NCBI GenBank assembly: GCA_011605725.1
Contig: JAAOZP010000010.1
Location: 1 to 64,000 of the forward strand
Direction of reading: 5' to 3'
Origin: Nitrososphaerota archaeon
GTDB taxonomy: Archaea; Thermoproteota; EX4484-205; JAAOZP01
DNA length: 64,000 nucleotides
Below, piece by piece: positions 47,068-56,699 of the stretch. Numbering within the stretch: the stretch's first letter is position 1; each line of letters starts with the position of its first letter. Position numbers and translations under genes: made by a program. Under the pieces are notes generated by a model that was given only the letters and a program-made list of their open reading frames with translations, was not told the origin of the DNA and made no database searches.

Positions 47068-47802
47068 ATGTTAGAGGGCGAGTTTAGAAGGAGAATCCTT
47101 GAGAAAGCTTTTGAGAAAAAAAGCAGAGTAATCCTGGCTTTCGATGAGCATGGTGAAGACGCTGTCAACAAGCTTATCGTGCTTTGTGAAAGCCTTAAGG
47201 AACACGTGGTGGGGGTTAAGATAGGTTTGCCAACAATGCTTTCATCAGGTCTTCAAGGTCTCAGCAGGCTTATTAAAAGGTTCAAGGAGGATTACGTGTT
47301 CATAGCGGATGTTAAAATGGCTGATGTTTCACATGTTAACAGCCTTATCTCTAGGCTTCTCTACGAGACTGGGTTCGACGCGATTATATCGCACGGCTTC
47401 ATAGGCTACGAGGGTGGTTTAGAAGGTGTTTTCCACGAAGCTGAGAGGCTTGGTAAAGGAGTGATAATCGTGGTGAGCATGAGCCACCCGGGTTCAAAGG
47501 ACTTCATAGACCCGGTTTCAGATAGGCTTGTTCAAATCGCTTTGAAATACATGGCAGACGGTGTGGTGGCTCCGGCCACAAGGCTCAGAATAGTAGAGGA
47601 GGTGAGGAAGACTGTTGGCAGCAGTCTTCTAATACTGACTCCTGGTGTCGGTGCTCAGGGAGCACCCTACGGCGCTGGGCTTTCAGCCGGGGCTGACTTC
47701 GAAATAATCGGGAGGAGCATAACAAGTTCCCTCAATCCTGTTGAAAAAGCTTTGGAGGTTAAGATGGAGCATGGAAGAATACTTGGTCAAAGAGCTTGTT
47801 AA
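47068..47802 (+). CDS. pyrF: Orotidine 5'-phosphate decarboxylase
   Basis: ILAFD, VKIG, ADVKMADV, MSHPG, TPGVGAQG, IIGRSI. Confidence 0.96.
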   Translation: MLEGEFRRRILEKAFEKKSRVILAFDEHGEDAVNKLIVLCESLKEHVVGVKIGLPTMLSSGLQGLSRLIKRFKEDYVFIADVKMADVSHVNSLISRLLYETGFDAIISHGFIGYEGGLEGVFHEAERLGKGVIIVVSMSHPGSKDFIDPVSDRLVQIALKYMADGVVAPATRLRIVEEVRKTVGSSLLILTPGVGAQGAPYGAGLSAGADFEIIGRSITSSLNPVEKALEVKMEHGRILGQRAC

Positions 47803-48394
47803 AGATATTTTTAGGGCCGGTGTCTTCAAAACAGGGGATTTTAAACTGACTTCAGGAGGGTTAAGCCCTTACTACGTGGATCTGAGGACTCTCGTTTCCA
47901 GACCGAGGCTTTTCGAAAGACTTGTTGATTCATACATCGGTATGATGAAGAGCATCGGGATGGATTTTGATGTTGTAGCTGGTGTTGAAACCGCGGGAAT
48001 ACCCATCGCAACCCTAATATCCTTCAAGACTAGTACGCCGATGGTTTACGTTAGGAGTGGTGAAAGGGAGCATGGGACTGGGAGATTGGTTGAAGGGGAG
48101 CTTCAGGCTGGGAGTAGAGTGGTTGTTGTTGACGATGTTTTAACAACAGGTGGAAGCATTATGAGTGCTGTTAAATCGATAAATGCTTCAGGGGGAAGAG
48201 TAGTGTATGCACTCGTCTTCCTAGACAGGCTTCAGAATGGTGCTAAAAGACTAGGGGAAGCCGGGGTTACAGTTTACTCCGTTATAAAGATAGACAGTTT
48301 TCTCAGAATACTCCTAGAGGACAAGCTTATATCTGAGCTAGAGTATGAGAGGATAATGAAATATTTGGAGGGTTTTCGAAATGTGGAGGAATAG
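47741..48394 (+). CDS. pyrE: Orotate phosphoribosyltransferase (probable start 47771)
   Basis: GDFKLTSG..SPYYVDLR, EHGT, VVDDVLTTGGS, DR. Confidence 0.96.
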   Translation: MKKLWRLRWSMEEYLVKELVKDIFRAGVFKTGDFKLTSGGLSPYYVDLRTLVSRPRLFERLVDSYIGMMKSIGMDFDVVAGVETAGIPIATLISFKTSTPMVYVRSGEREHGTGRLVEGELQAGSRVVVVDDVLTTGGSIMSAVKSINASGGRVVYALVFLDRLQNGAKRLGEAGVTVYSVIKIDSFLRILLEDKLISELEYERIMKYLEGFRNVEE

Positions 48395-49325
48395 GGATCT
48401 GATCGATTTAACAGAGTTTACTAGGAAAGATGTTGAAACTCTTTTTAAGCAGGCGGATTTATTCCTCGAAACTAGGCTGGCACCTAATAAGATGCTTGAA
48501 GGAAAGATTATGGCTTCAGCCTTCTTCGAGCCAAGTACAAGAACCAGGCTTAGCTTTGAGTCCGCGATGCATAGGCTTGGAGGTTCCGTGATAGGGTTCT
48601 CTTCCGCTGAGGGCACATCCGTCGAGAAGGGCGAGAGCATTGAAGATACTGTTAGAATGCTTGACAACTATTGTGACGTGATAGTTATGAGGCATCGTGA
48701 AGACGGTGTGATGCAGAGGCTTGCTCAGCTTGCTAAAAATCCTTTGATAAATGCTGGCGAGGGGCAGAGCCGCCACCCAACGCAGGCGCTAATCGACCTA
48801 TACACTATTTTTAAGGAGAAGGGTATGTTGGAAGGGTTAAATTACGGCGTCATGGGCGACGTTAAGCACGCTAGGGCTGCTAGGGACTTCATAAGGGGTT
48901 TAAGCCTGTTCGGAGTCAGAGAGGTTAACCTGATAACGCCAAGGGAGCTGATGCCTGAGGAAGTTTTCGTTAAAGATTTAAACGCGAGGGGCGTTAGGCT
49001 TAACCATTACGAAAGGGTTGAGGATGTTATAGGGATGCTGGATGTTCTTTACGTTGTTAGGCTTCAAGTCGAGAGGTTTAGAGATAGGAGTGAGGCTGAA
49101 GCATTAAGGGGAAGCTACTCCATAAGCCTGAAAACGCTTGAACGCGCGAAGCGGGGGCTGCGTATTCTACATCCTCTTCCAAGGGTCTGGGAGCTTTCAA
49201 GCGAGGTCGACGGCACGCCTTACGCTGCATACTTTAAACAGGTTTCCTACAGCATACCTGTGAGAATGGCTGTTCTAAGCTTGATACTTACTGACATTGA
49301 GAGGGTTCAAGAGGGTTTGATATGA
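48381..49325 (+). CDS. pyrB: Aspartate carbamoyltransferase catalytic subunit
   Basis: FFEPSTRTRLSF, KGES, HPTQAL.D, R.Q.ER, HPLPR. Confidence 0.97.
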   Translation: MWRNRDLIDLTEFTRKDVETLFKQADLFLETRLAPNKMLEGKIMASAFFEPSTRTRLSFESAMHRLGGSVIGFSSAEGTSVEKGESIEDTVRMLDNYCDVIVMRHREDGVMQRLAQLAKNPLINAGEGQSRHPTQALIDLYTIFKEKGMLEGLNYGVMGDVKHARAARDFIRGLSLFGVREVNLITPRELMPEEVFVKDLNARGVRLNHYERVEDVIGMLDVLYVVRLQVERFRDRSEAEALRGSYSISLKTLERAKRGLRILHPLPRVWELSSEVDGTPYAAYFKQVSYSIPVRMAVLSLILTDIERVQEGLI

Positions 49326-49329
49326 AGGA

Positions 49330-50139
49330 ATGAGAGGTTCACATTATTATCATGAGGCTAACGTTGTCTCAAACATTAGGGAGACTATAAGGGTTAATAC
49401 GCTGGTCCTCAGGCTTAATGAAGGATTAAACATGGCGCCCGGACAGTTTTTGATGGTATGGAGGCCGGGCGAAGGGGAGATACCGGTAACACCCTCGCTA
49501 ATCCAGGGTGAGACCCTCAGCCTAACTATAGAGAAGGTGGGCTTCACTTCGAACAGGCTTGCATCGCTTAAACCTGGTGAGAAGGTTTTTCTGCGAGGTC
49601 CCTTGGGAAATGGCTTTAACCTCAGTCTTCCCGGAAGATACTTACTTATCGGAGGTGGAACTGGTGCAGCGTCACTGACACCCGCCTACCTGAGTCTCGC
49701 AAGCAAGGGTGTTGAAGCTCTTTTCCTAGTTGGAGCAAGGGATACGGAAAACCTTGTTTACATAAGTAGGCTTAAGGAGCTTGGAGTCAGGTTCAAGGTT
49801 GCAACCGACGATGGAAGTGAGGGTTTCAAGGGAACCCTGCCAGAGTTCTTCGAGGAATTGGTTTCAAAAGATCGCTTTGAAAACGTTCTCACGATCGGGC
49901 CTGAGAAAATGATGGTTAAGATAGCTGAGAAATGCGTTGACTACGGAATTTCCTGTCAGGTTTCACTGGTCAGGATCGTTAAATGCGGGCTGGGGCTATG
50001 CGGGTCATGCGTACTCGACCCGTTTGGGTTACGGGTCTGCGTAGACGGACCGGTTTTTTACGGCGAGAAAATCTTAGGCTCCGACTTCGGTAGATTCATG
50101 AGAGATGAGGCTGGAAGGAGGATTGAAATTGTTCAATGA
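49330..50139 (+). CDS. pyrK: Dihydroorotate dehydrogenase electron-transfer subunit
   Basis: PGQF.MVW, RGPLGNGF, GGGTG, CGLGLCGSC...VCVDGPV. Confidence 0.94.
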   Translation: MRGSHYYHEANVVSNIRETIRVNTLVLRLNEGLNMAPGQFLMVWRPGEGEIPVTPSLIQGETLSLTIEKVGFTSNRLASLKPGEKVFLRGPLGNGFNLSLPGRYLLIGGGTGAASLTPAYLSLASKGVEALFLVGARDTENLVYISRLKELGVRFKVATDDGSEGFKGTLPEFFEELVSKDRFENVLTIGPEKMMVKIAEKCVDYGISCQVSLVRIVKCGLGLCGSCVLDPFGLRVCVDGPVFYGEKILGSDFGRFMRDEAGRRIEIVQ

Positions 50140-51455
50140 CACATTTAGAAAGGATTCTAATCGGTAGAATATATTACGGGGGCGACTTTATAGAGGGGTG
50201 CGTAGGTGTAAGCAGGGGAGAAATAGTCTTCATCGGCAAGGAGGCTAATGCCCCCTCTTACGACGAGAAGATTGACTTTGGAAGACTCCTGATAGTCCCA
50301 GGCCTGATAGATATTCACGCGCACCTGAGAGACATGAGGCTTAAGCATAAGGAGGATTTCGTAACTGGGACTTGTGCGGCAGCCGCAGGGGGCTTTACTC
50401 TAGTTATAGACATGCCTAACACAGATCCTCCGACTAACAACTATCTTAGAATGATGGAGAAGATTGAGGAGGCGAGGAATAAGATAGTTGTCGACGTTGG
50501 ATTCTACTTTGGTAAGCCAGACAGCAAGAAGGAGCTTGAAAGGCTTCTGAAGACTGTTGCAATAGGGATTAAGCTTTACCCTGAGGACTATTGTGGGATG
50601 GGCGACGAAGTGTCTGGAATGTTGAAGACTGTTGCGGAGTCAAGAAGTAAAATAGTCTTTCACCCTGAAGATCTTTCAGTAATACGGGAAAGCAGGAGTA
50701 AATACCCGGAGGAGTTGAGGGGCGTTGAGAAACATGGCTTCATAAGGCCTGTTGAAGCAGAGCTTTCAGCCCTAGACCTTTTCAGAAAGATTTCGGAGCC
50801 AGGTTCCCACGCGACTCATTTAACAACCGTGAGGAGCCTAAGGAAGGCTAGGGAGAATGGTTTCACGTTCGACGTTAGCGTGAACCATTTGGCTCTTACT
50901 GATGAAGACTTGTCCTCCATGGGAAGCATATGTAAAGTAAACCCTCCTCTTAGAAGCCCTGAGGAAAGAAGCATGCTTATTGCAAGCCTTAACAGGGGGG
51001 AGATTCCGATAATCGTTACGGACCATGCTCCGCACACGGTTGAGGAGAAGAGTGCAACTCTTTACGATGAGGTTCCCTCCGGCATACCAGGGTTTGAAAC
51101 AGCGTTCCCAGTTCTTTTAGACATGGTTAACAGGGGTTTTTTGAATCTCCACAGGGTTCTGGAAGCGTTCACCAGGGGGCCTGCAGGCTTCCTCGGCAAT
51201 GACAAACTGGGGGAAATAGTTGAGGGGAAGACTGCAAACCTTACGGTTCTAGACCCTAAGGAGGAGTGGAGAGTTAACCCTGAAGACTTTTTCACTAAGG
51301 CTAAGCACTCTCCTTTTAAAAACAGGGTTCTCAAGGGAAGGGTTAAGGCAACGCTCGTCAGGGGTGAGCTTGTTTTCCAGGGTAATGAGATAATGGTTTT
51401 GAAAGGCTTTGGAAAAATATATGGTTTTAGGCGTGAATATGGGAAGGAGGTTTAA
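50136..51455 (+). CDS. pyrC: Dihydroorotase
   Basis: PGLIDIHAHLR, DMPNT.P, KVNPPLR, TDHAPH. Confidence 0.95.
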   Translation: MTHLERILIGRIYYGGDFIEGCVGVSRGEIVFIGKEANAPSYDEKIDFGRLLIVPGLIDIHAHLRDMRLKHKEDFVTGTCAAAAGGFTLVIDMPNTDPPTNNYLRMMEKIEEARNKIVVDVGFYFGKPDSKKELERLLKTVAIGIKLYPEDYCGMGDEVSGMLKTVAESRSKIVFHPEDLSVIRESRSKYPEELRGVEKHGFIRPVEAELSALDLFRKISEPGSHATHLTTVRSLRKARENGFTFDVSVNHLALTDEDLSSMGSICKVNPPLRSPEERSMLIASLNRGEIPIIVTDHAPHTVEEKSATLYDEVPSGIPGFETAFPVLLDMVNRGFLNLHRVLEAFTRGPAGFLGNDKLGEIVEGKTANLTVLDPKEEWRVNPEDFFTKAKHSPFKNRVLKGRVKATLVRGELVFQGNEIMVLKGFGKIYGFRREYGKEV

Positions 51456-51561
51456 AAAGTTTCAAACAAGCGTTGAAAAGCATTACTATGCGCGGCAAAC
51501 CGGGTTAAGATGTTGAATAGCCGGCAAGGTTAATAAGGTTTAGAAGCCTTGAGAAAGATGC

Positions 51562-52485
51562 ATGAACCCTCGTATGAAGATGGAGGTTGCTAGCCTGGTT
51601 CTCAGGTCGCCTCTGATAGTGGCTTCAGGCGTATTAGGATCCTCTGGAAGCCTGATTAAAAACGTGTCAGAGAACCCTAGCGTAGGTGCGGTAGTCACTA
51701 AGACTGTAACGTATAAACCGAGAAACGGGTATGAGAATCCTACTGTCGTTGACCTCGGATACGGCTTCCTGAACGCGATGGGTCTTCCAAACCCAGGGTA
51801 CTTGGATTACAAGGTTGAGCTTGCGTCGATAAAAAGAGACCTGGAGGTTCCCTTGATAGTTAGCATCGGGCCTTCTAACGGTGAGGAGGCTGGGAAAATG
51901 GTTGAAGCGTTAAACAGTGTCGCGGATGGTTTTGAAGTGAACGTTTCATGCCCACATGCTAAGAACCTCGGACTGGAGGTGGGTTCTGATGTGCAGACGG
52001 TTAGGAAAATCGTTAAAGCTGTCCGAGAATCCACCGGGAAACCAGTACTAGTTAAAATAAGTCCCAACGTCACGGATTTCGTAGACGTGGCTAGGAGTGC
52101 TGTTGACGCTGGCGCTGACGCTATAACGGCGATAAACACGGTGAGAGGGATGGCTATAGATGTGAACGCTATGAAGCCTGTTCTATCAAACCTTTACGGG
52201 GGTCTCTCGGGGAAAGCTATACACCCTGTGGCGGTCAGGATAGTCTACGAGCTCTATGAGAAGCTTGAAGTACCGATAGTCGGGTGTGGCGGGGTTTACG
52301 ATTGGAAGGATGCTGTCGAGCTTATGCTAGCTGGTGCAACAGCTGTTCAGATAGGGTCAGCCATAGCTTATCGCAAGATGAGCCTGAACGTTTTCAACGA
52401 GATTGAGAAGGGGATTATCGAGTATCTGACAACCAAAGGATTCAGCAGTATCAGGGAACTAGTAGGCTTAGCACATAATTCCTGA
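51562..52485 (+). CDS. pyrD: Dihydroorotate dehydrogenase (family 1B) catalytic subunit
   Basis: ASG, VTKT, NAMGL.NPG, NVSCPH, VKISPN, INT, GGLSG. Confidence 0.96.
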   Translation: MNPRMKMEVASLVLRSPLIVASGVLGSSGSLIKNVSENPSVGAVVTKTVTYKPRNGYENPTVVDLGYGFLNAMGLPNPGYLDYKVELASIKRDLEVPLIVSIGPSNGEEAGKMVEALNSVADGFEVNVSCPHAKNLGLEVGSDVQTVRKIVKAVRESTGKPVLVKISPNVTDFVDVARSAVDAGADAITAINTVRGMAIDVNAMKPVLSNLYGGLSGKAIHPVAVRIVYELYEKLEVPIVGCGGVYDWKDAVELMLAGATAVQIGSAIAYRKMSLNVFNEIEKGIIEYLTTKGFSSIRELVGLAHNS

Positions 52486-52625
52486 CCCTGCTGTACACAG
52501 TTATCCTTCTAATCCGGTGCAGGTTTACCGTCGTGATGAAGATAAGAACGGATTTTAAATACCGCTCTATGTCTTTCATGAACACGTCTTTTTTAACTAG
52601 GCGAGTGCTTAAGTCTTTTTAACCA

Positions 52626-53546
52626 TTAAACTGGCTCAAGCCAGTGGGAATACTTCTCCAACTCTCCCCTAACTATCTTGTAGAACTCTTCCTGTATTCT
52701 TCTTGTTATTTGGCCGGGCTTACCGTCTCCAATCTTATAATTATCCATCTCAACCACAGGCACCACTTCCGCAGCAGTCCCGGTCATGAAGGCCTCGTCA
52801 GCATAATAGAAATCAACCCTTGTAAGATCTCTTTCAACAACCTTCAAACCCATGTCTTCGGCGATGTGGAACACCGTGTCCCTCGTTATTCCTTCAAGGA
52901 TGCCTGACGAGGTTGACGGAGTATAGATAGTGTTGTCCCTAACCATGAAGATGTTTTCTCCACTTCCCTCTGAAACCATGCCGCGGGAATCCAGCATGAC
53001 TGCCTCATCATAGCCAGCCATCTTGGCTTCAACCTTTGCCAGAACACTGTTGATATATTGCCCAGTAGCCTTAACCCCTGCTGGGATAGTGTTAACGTCT
53101 ATTCTTCTGAAAGACGACGTCTTAACCCTTATGCCGTTTCTAATGCCTTCATCACCCAAGTATGTTCCCCAGGACCATGCTGCTACAACAACATCCACCG
53201 GAGAGTTTAAAGGGTACAACCCCATCTCTCCGTAGCCTCTGAAGGCTATTGGCCTTATATACGCGCTCTTAAGACCGTTCTCCCTGACGACGGCTTTGCA
53301 TGCTTCCTTCAGCTCGTAGAGAGAATAAGGTATCTCCATGAAGTATATTTTTGCCGAACGGTAGAATCTTTTTAAATGGTCTGTCAGCCTGAAGATCGCC
53401 GTGCCGTTTCTCGTCTCGTATGCCCTTATGCCCTCGAAGACACCGGTGCCGTAATGAAGACCATGCGTAAGGACATGTATTCTGGCATCCTTCCAGTCGA
53501 CGAGCCTGCCGTTGAACCATATTTTTTCAACTTCCCTTATTGGCAC
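52626..53546 (-). CDS. ilvE: Branched-chain amino acid aminotransferase
   Basis: HVLTHGLHYGTGVFEGIRAY, YIRP, KATGQY, EGSGEN, LEGITR, TGTAAE. Confidence 0.96.
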   Translation of the reverse strand: MPIREVEKIWFNGRLVDWKDARIHVLTHGLHYGTGVFEGIRAYETRNGTAIFRLTDHLKRFYRSAKIYFMEIPYSLYELKEACKAVVRENGLKSAYIRPIAFRGYGEMGLYPLNSPVDVVVAAWSWGTYLGDEGIRNGIRVKTSSFRRIDVNTIPAGVKATGQYINSVLAKVEAKMAGYDEAVMLDSRGMVSEGSGENIFMVRDNTIYTPSTSSGILEGITRDTVFHIAEDMGLKVVERDLTRVDFYYADEAFMTGTAAEVVPVVEMDNYKIGDGKPGQITRRIQEEFYKIVRGELEKYSHWLEPV

Positions 53547-53619
53547 AGCTCATGCACCCGAGCAGTGAACCCGGGCGGGTGAAAATAAACTTTCCTGAAA
53601 AAGTTTCGCTAAAAATATT

Positions 53620-55824
53620 TCACGATACTATTACTTCTTCCTTTCTACGAAACGCGTATAAAAGCAGTATTACGATGATTATGCTTCCAACGGACAAGGC
53701 TATCATAATTATGTTCAAACCAGTTTTAAGGTGGGTTGTGCTTCCACCAGGCTTCACCGTAATGGCGACGCTTTTCCCGAAAGTAGGCTGGATTATCGAG
53801 TAACTTAAGGCTTCGCTTTTCTCGCCAAGGCTGCTGGCTATAGAGTAGTCTACTTCAACCCTGATTTCGGAGCCCTTTGAGAAGAGCAGGTTAACCTCCT
53901 GACCGTTCCAGAGGGTTAGAATATTACCCTCGTCGTAAAACCTGAATGGCTCTATGATGACTCTGTTTCCTGAAAGCCGTATTCCCATTTGGTCAAGGTT
54001 TGCAACGTATCTTGAGCCGTTCAACAAGACTCCCTCGAAACTCCCATTGTAGCTGACCTCAACCCGTCTAACGCCGATCCTAGTTTCATTCGTGAAGAAG
54101 AGACCGTTTAGTCTTAGAAAATCTTCTTCAGCCAACTCAGGCTGGAAAACAATATTCCTCCTGTTTTGAACATCCGGAGCGAGAAGGCTGGTTCTGGCTT
54201 CGCCATACTCTATCAGCCGGAGGAACAGTGACAGCTCATCGTAAACATTCCTCAGGGAAATCACGTTTTCATTCAAACTTTTTTGAACACTCTCTAAGCC
54301 TGAGGTGGCGTTTTCAAGCATCGGGGTAATGCTAGTAAGGTTGCCTCCCATCATCATGTTAGCCTCGCCAATGAGCTTTAATGCTGAGCTCATCTCCGCC
54401 AGTGCCGAGGATGCTTGGGATAATGCTGAGAGGCCTGATCCTAAGCCTGAGCTCATCTTCACGATGCTGGAACCATATTCCTCCAGCATGTTTATGAATG
54501 ATCCTAGGCTTTCAAACAGAGTGTTCAGCTGAGGACCTGCTGATTCAAAATAGCTTTCAACGATGCTTAAACGATTATAGAGGCTGGTTATTCTCCGGGT
54601 AGCGTTTTCCAGCAGGCTTATCTGACTAGGGTCGGTCAAATTTTCTCTGAGGGTCGTTAAAGTATTGTTAATCTCTAAGAGGCTTTGTTCCGCGTCAACG
54701 ATCATTCTATAAGTCTCGTTCAGGATTAAACCGGCTGACTGTCGAGAGGAGTTAAGCCCCTGCCTCAGCCTGTTGAAATCCACTTTAGAAACGTTTTCAG
54801 CGACTATCGATAGTAGCGAAGTTACTCCGGAAAGTTGAGATGCTGCCGAGCTGAGTCCGAAACTCACTGCTTTCAAGGCTTTACTAATCATAACGGTTTG
54901 ATTACCAGTAGTCTCCAGAACGGAGCTCAGGTTGCCAAGCATTCCCGTCATCAGGCTAGTGAAGCTGGTGAGATTGCTGATGGGCGTCAGAATCATATTC
55001 ATCATGCGCATAGTCATGTTCAGCTCGTTTAACTGGGAAAGCACCGATTTCTTCACAGACTCCCCCATGGGGGAGGATGAGATCGAGATCGTTGTCAAAG
55101 GAATGGTGCCCCAATCATCAAATCCTTCTACAACAGCCTCCGCCCTTATCTCCGCCTCCTCCCTCAGTATGAGCATCCATGAAACAGAATCCTTCTCAAG
55201 AGGGCTAGTCATGTTCACAGGAGGATTGTAAACAATTTTTCCAAAGTACCTCTGAGGAATGTTTATCGTTACTGAGACGAATACTGGAGGCTTCGAGGAG
55301 GTGTTTGTCAACGGGTCGAGTAGAACAGGATTATTGTTCTTAAGCCTTACCACCCATTCCGCGGAATCACCCTCTTCAGACCTTACGAAGAATACTCCAT
55401 AAGCCGAAGTATAGTTTGGAACCGCCCCGTTAATCCTTAGGCTTGCTTCAACTTTTAGTGGAAGCCAAAGCGGCTTACCGCTAACCTCGAAAACGCTTGT
55501 ACCAGGATTAGCCTGAACAACCCATTCGACCACGCAGAAGTCTCCTGAATCCTGTTGGATACGTGCTTCCGGCGGCAACACTAGGGTTGAAACATTTACC
55601 TTGAACAGTCTTTGAGTGAAACGGTACGGGACAGTCGACTGGCCAATATTCTTGACAGTAACAGTAGATTTGAATTCAACCGTGGAGTCCCCGGTTAACG
55701 GGTTTAGGTCCAGTAAATAAGTGAGGCTTTCGCTCACAGAAACCTGCGTCTCTTCCGGATTAGCCTTCATCACTATAGGGATCATCAGCATCAGAATTAG
55801 GAAAACAGCTTGAACGCGTTTCAT
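53620..55824 (-). CDS. Secreted, C-terminally anchored protein with a long central coiled coil (YhgE/Pip-like architecture)
   Basis: Signal peptide, beta-rich N domain, ~300-aa S/L/G/N-rich heptad stalk, beta domain, TM plus RRK tail; many sequons. Confidence 0.7.
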   Translation of the reverse strand: MKRVQAVFLILMLMIPIVMKANPEETQVSVSESLTYLLDLNPLTGDSTVEFKSTVTVKNIGQSTVPYRFTQRLFKVNVSTLVLPPEARIQQDSGDFCVVEWVVQANPGTSVFEVSGKPLWLPLKVEASLRINGAVPNYTSAYGVFFVRSEEGDSAEWVVRLKNNNPVLLDPLTNTSSKPPVFVSVTINIPQRYFGKIVYNPPVNMTSPLEKDSVSWMLILREEAEIRAEAVVEGFDDWGTIPLTTISISSSPMGESVKKSVLSQLNELNMTMRMMNMILTPISNLTSFTSLMTGMLGNLSSVLETTGNQTVMISKALKAVSFGLSSAASQLSGVTSLLSIVAENVSKVDFNRLRQGLNSSRQSAGLILNETYRMIVDAEQSLLEINNTLTTLRENLTDPSQISLLENATRRITSLYNRLSIVESYFESAGPQLNTLFESLGSFINMLEEYGSSIVKMSSGLGSGLSALSQASSALAEMSSALKLIGEANMMMGGNLTSITPMLENATSGLESVQKSLNENVISLRNVYDELSLFLRLIEYGEARTSLLAPDVQNRRNIVFQPELAEEDFLRLNGLFFTNETRIGVRRVEVSYNGSFEGVLLNGSRYVANLDQMGIRLSGNRVIIEPFRFYDEGNILTLWNGQEVNLLFSKGSEIRVEVDYSIASSLGEKSEALSYSIIQPTFGKSVAITVKPGGSTTHLKTGLNIIMIALSVGSIIIVILLLYAFRRKEEVIVS

Positions 55825-56699
55825 TGCTTCACTATCAACTCCTTTTCCTCGATTGATTTTAAGGCTTTTTCATAGGTTTCCCCCGTTATGATCCTTTTTT
55901 TGAAAAGCCTTTCAACATTCTCCCTCTCCAGTTTTAAAAGGTCGAGTTGAACCTGTTTCTTCAGCCTTATCGACTCATCATCTATCGGAAGACCCTCGAG
56001 GAAGCTTCGGGGGGCTTCCTCAAATATTTGACCATCCTTCATGAACAGGATTCTGTTAGTAATGCGGGCCAGTTCCACGTTATGGGTCACAATAATAATC
56101 GTGTTTCCGAAACTATTAAGGAGCTTGAAAGTCGCTATTATTTCTGTTGATGAAGAAACGTCCAGGTTTCCAGTAGGCTCGTCTGCAAGTATGTAGGCTG
56201 GATTATTAGCCAGAGCCCTCGCAATAGCTACTTTCTGCTGCTGGCCTCCACTGAGTCTGCTCGGAGGGTTTCTCAACCTGTCTTCAGAGAAGCCGACCAG
56301 CTTCAGTAAGTAAAGAGCCTTCAGCCTAGCTTCTTTGAAAGTATATCTTTTCGAAAGAAGCATAGGGAGCATCACGTTCTCCAAGGCTGAAAGATTTCTT
56401 AGAAGGTTGAAGAATTGGAAGACAAAACCTATTTTGTTTTTCCTGAAAACGGATAGTTGGTTTTCGCTAAGCTTAGTTACATCCACACCGTCAACCAGAA
56501 CCCTTCCGGAAGTAGGCCTATCTAAGGTTCCAGCTATGTGAAGCAGTGTGGACTTTCCTGAGCCGGAGGGGCCGACGATAGACACGAAGTCTCCTTTCCT
56601 TATTGTGAGTGAAACGTTTCTTAAAGCTTTCACCTCTATATCTCTCCCCATGACGTAGGTTTTGGAAACGTCTATGCATTCTAAGGCTGGATTACTCAT
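55821..56699 (-). CDS. MacB/LolD-type ABC ATPase with C-terminal extension
   Basis: GPSGSGKST, IGFVFQFFNL, LSGGQQQ, ADEPTGNLD, VTH. Confidence 0.95.
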   Translation of the reverse strand: MSNPALECIDVSKTYVMGRDIEVKALRNVSLTIRKGDFVSIVGPSGSGKSTLLHIAGTLDRPTSGRVLVDGVDVTKLSENQLSVFRKNKIGFVFQFFNLLRNLSALENVMLPMLLSKRYTFKEARLKALYLLKLVGFSEDRLRNPPSRLSGGQQQKVAIARALANNPAYILADEPTGNLDVSSSTEIIATFKLLNSFGNTIIIVTHNVELARITNRILFMKDGQIFEEAPRSFLEGLPIDDESIRLKKQVQLDLLKLERENVERLFKKRIITGETYEKALKSIEEKELIVKQ

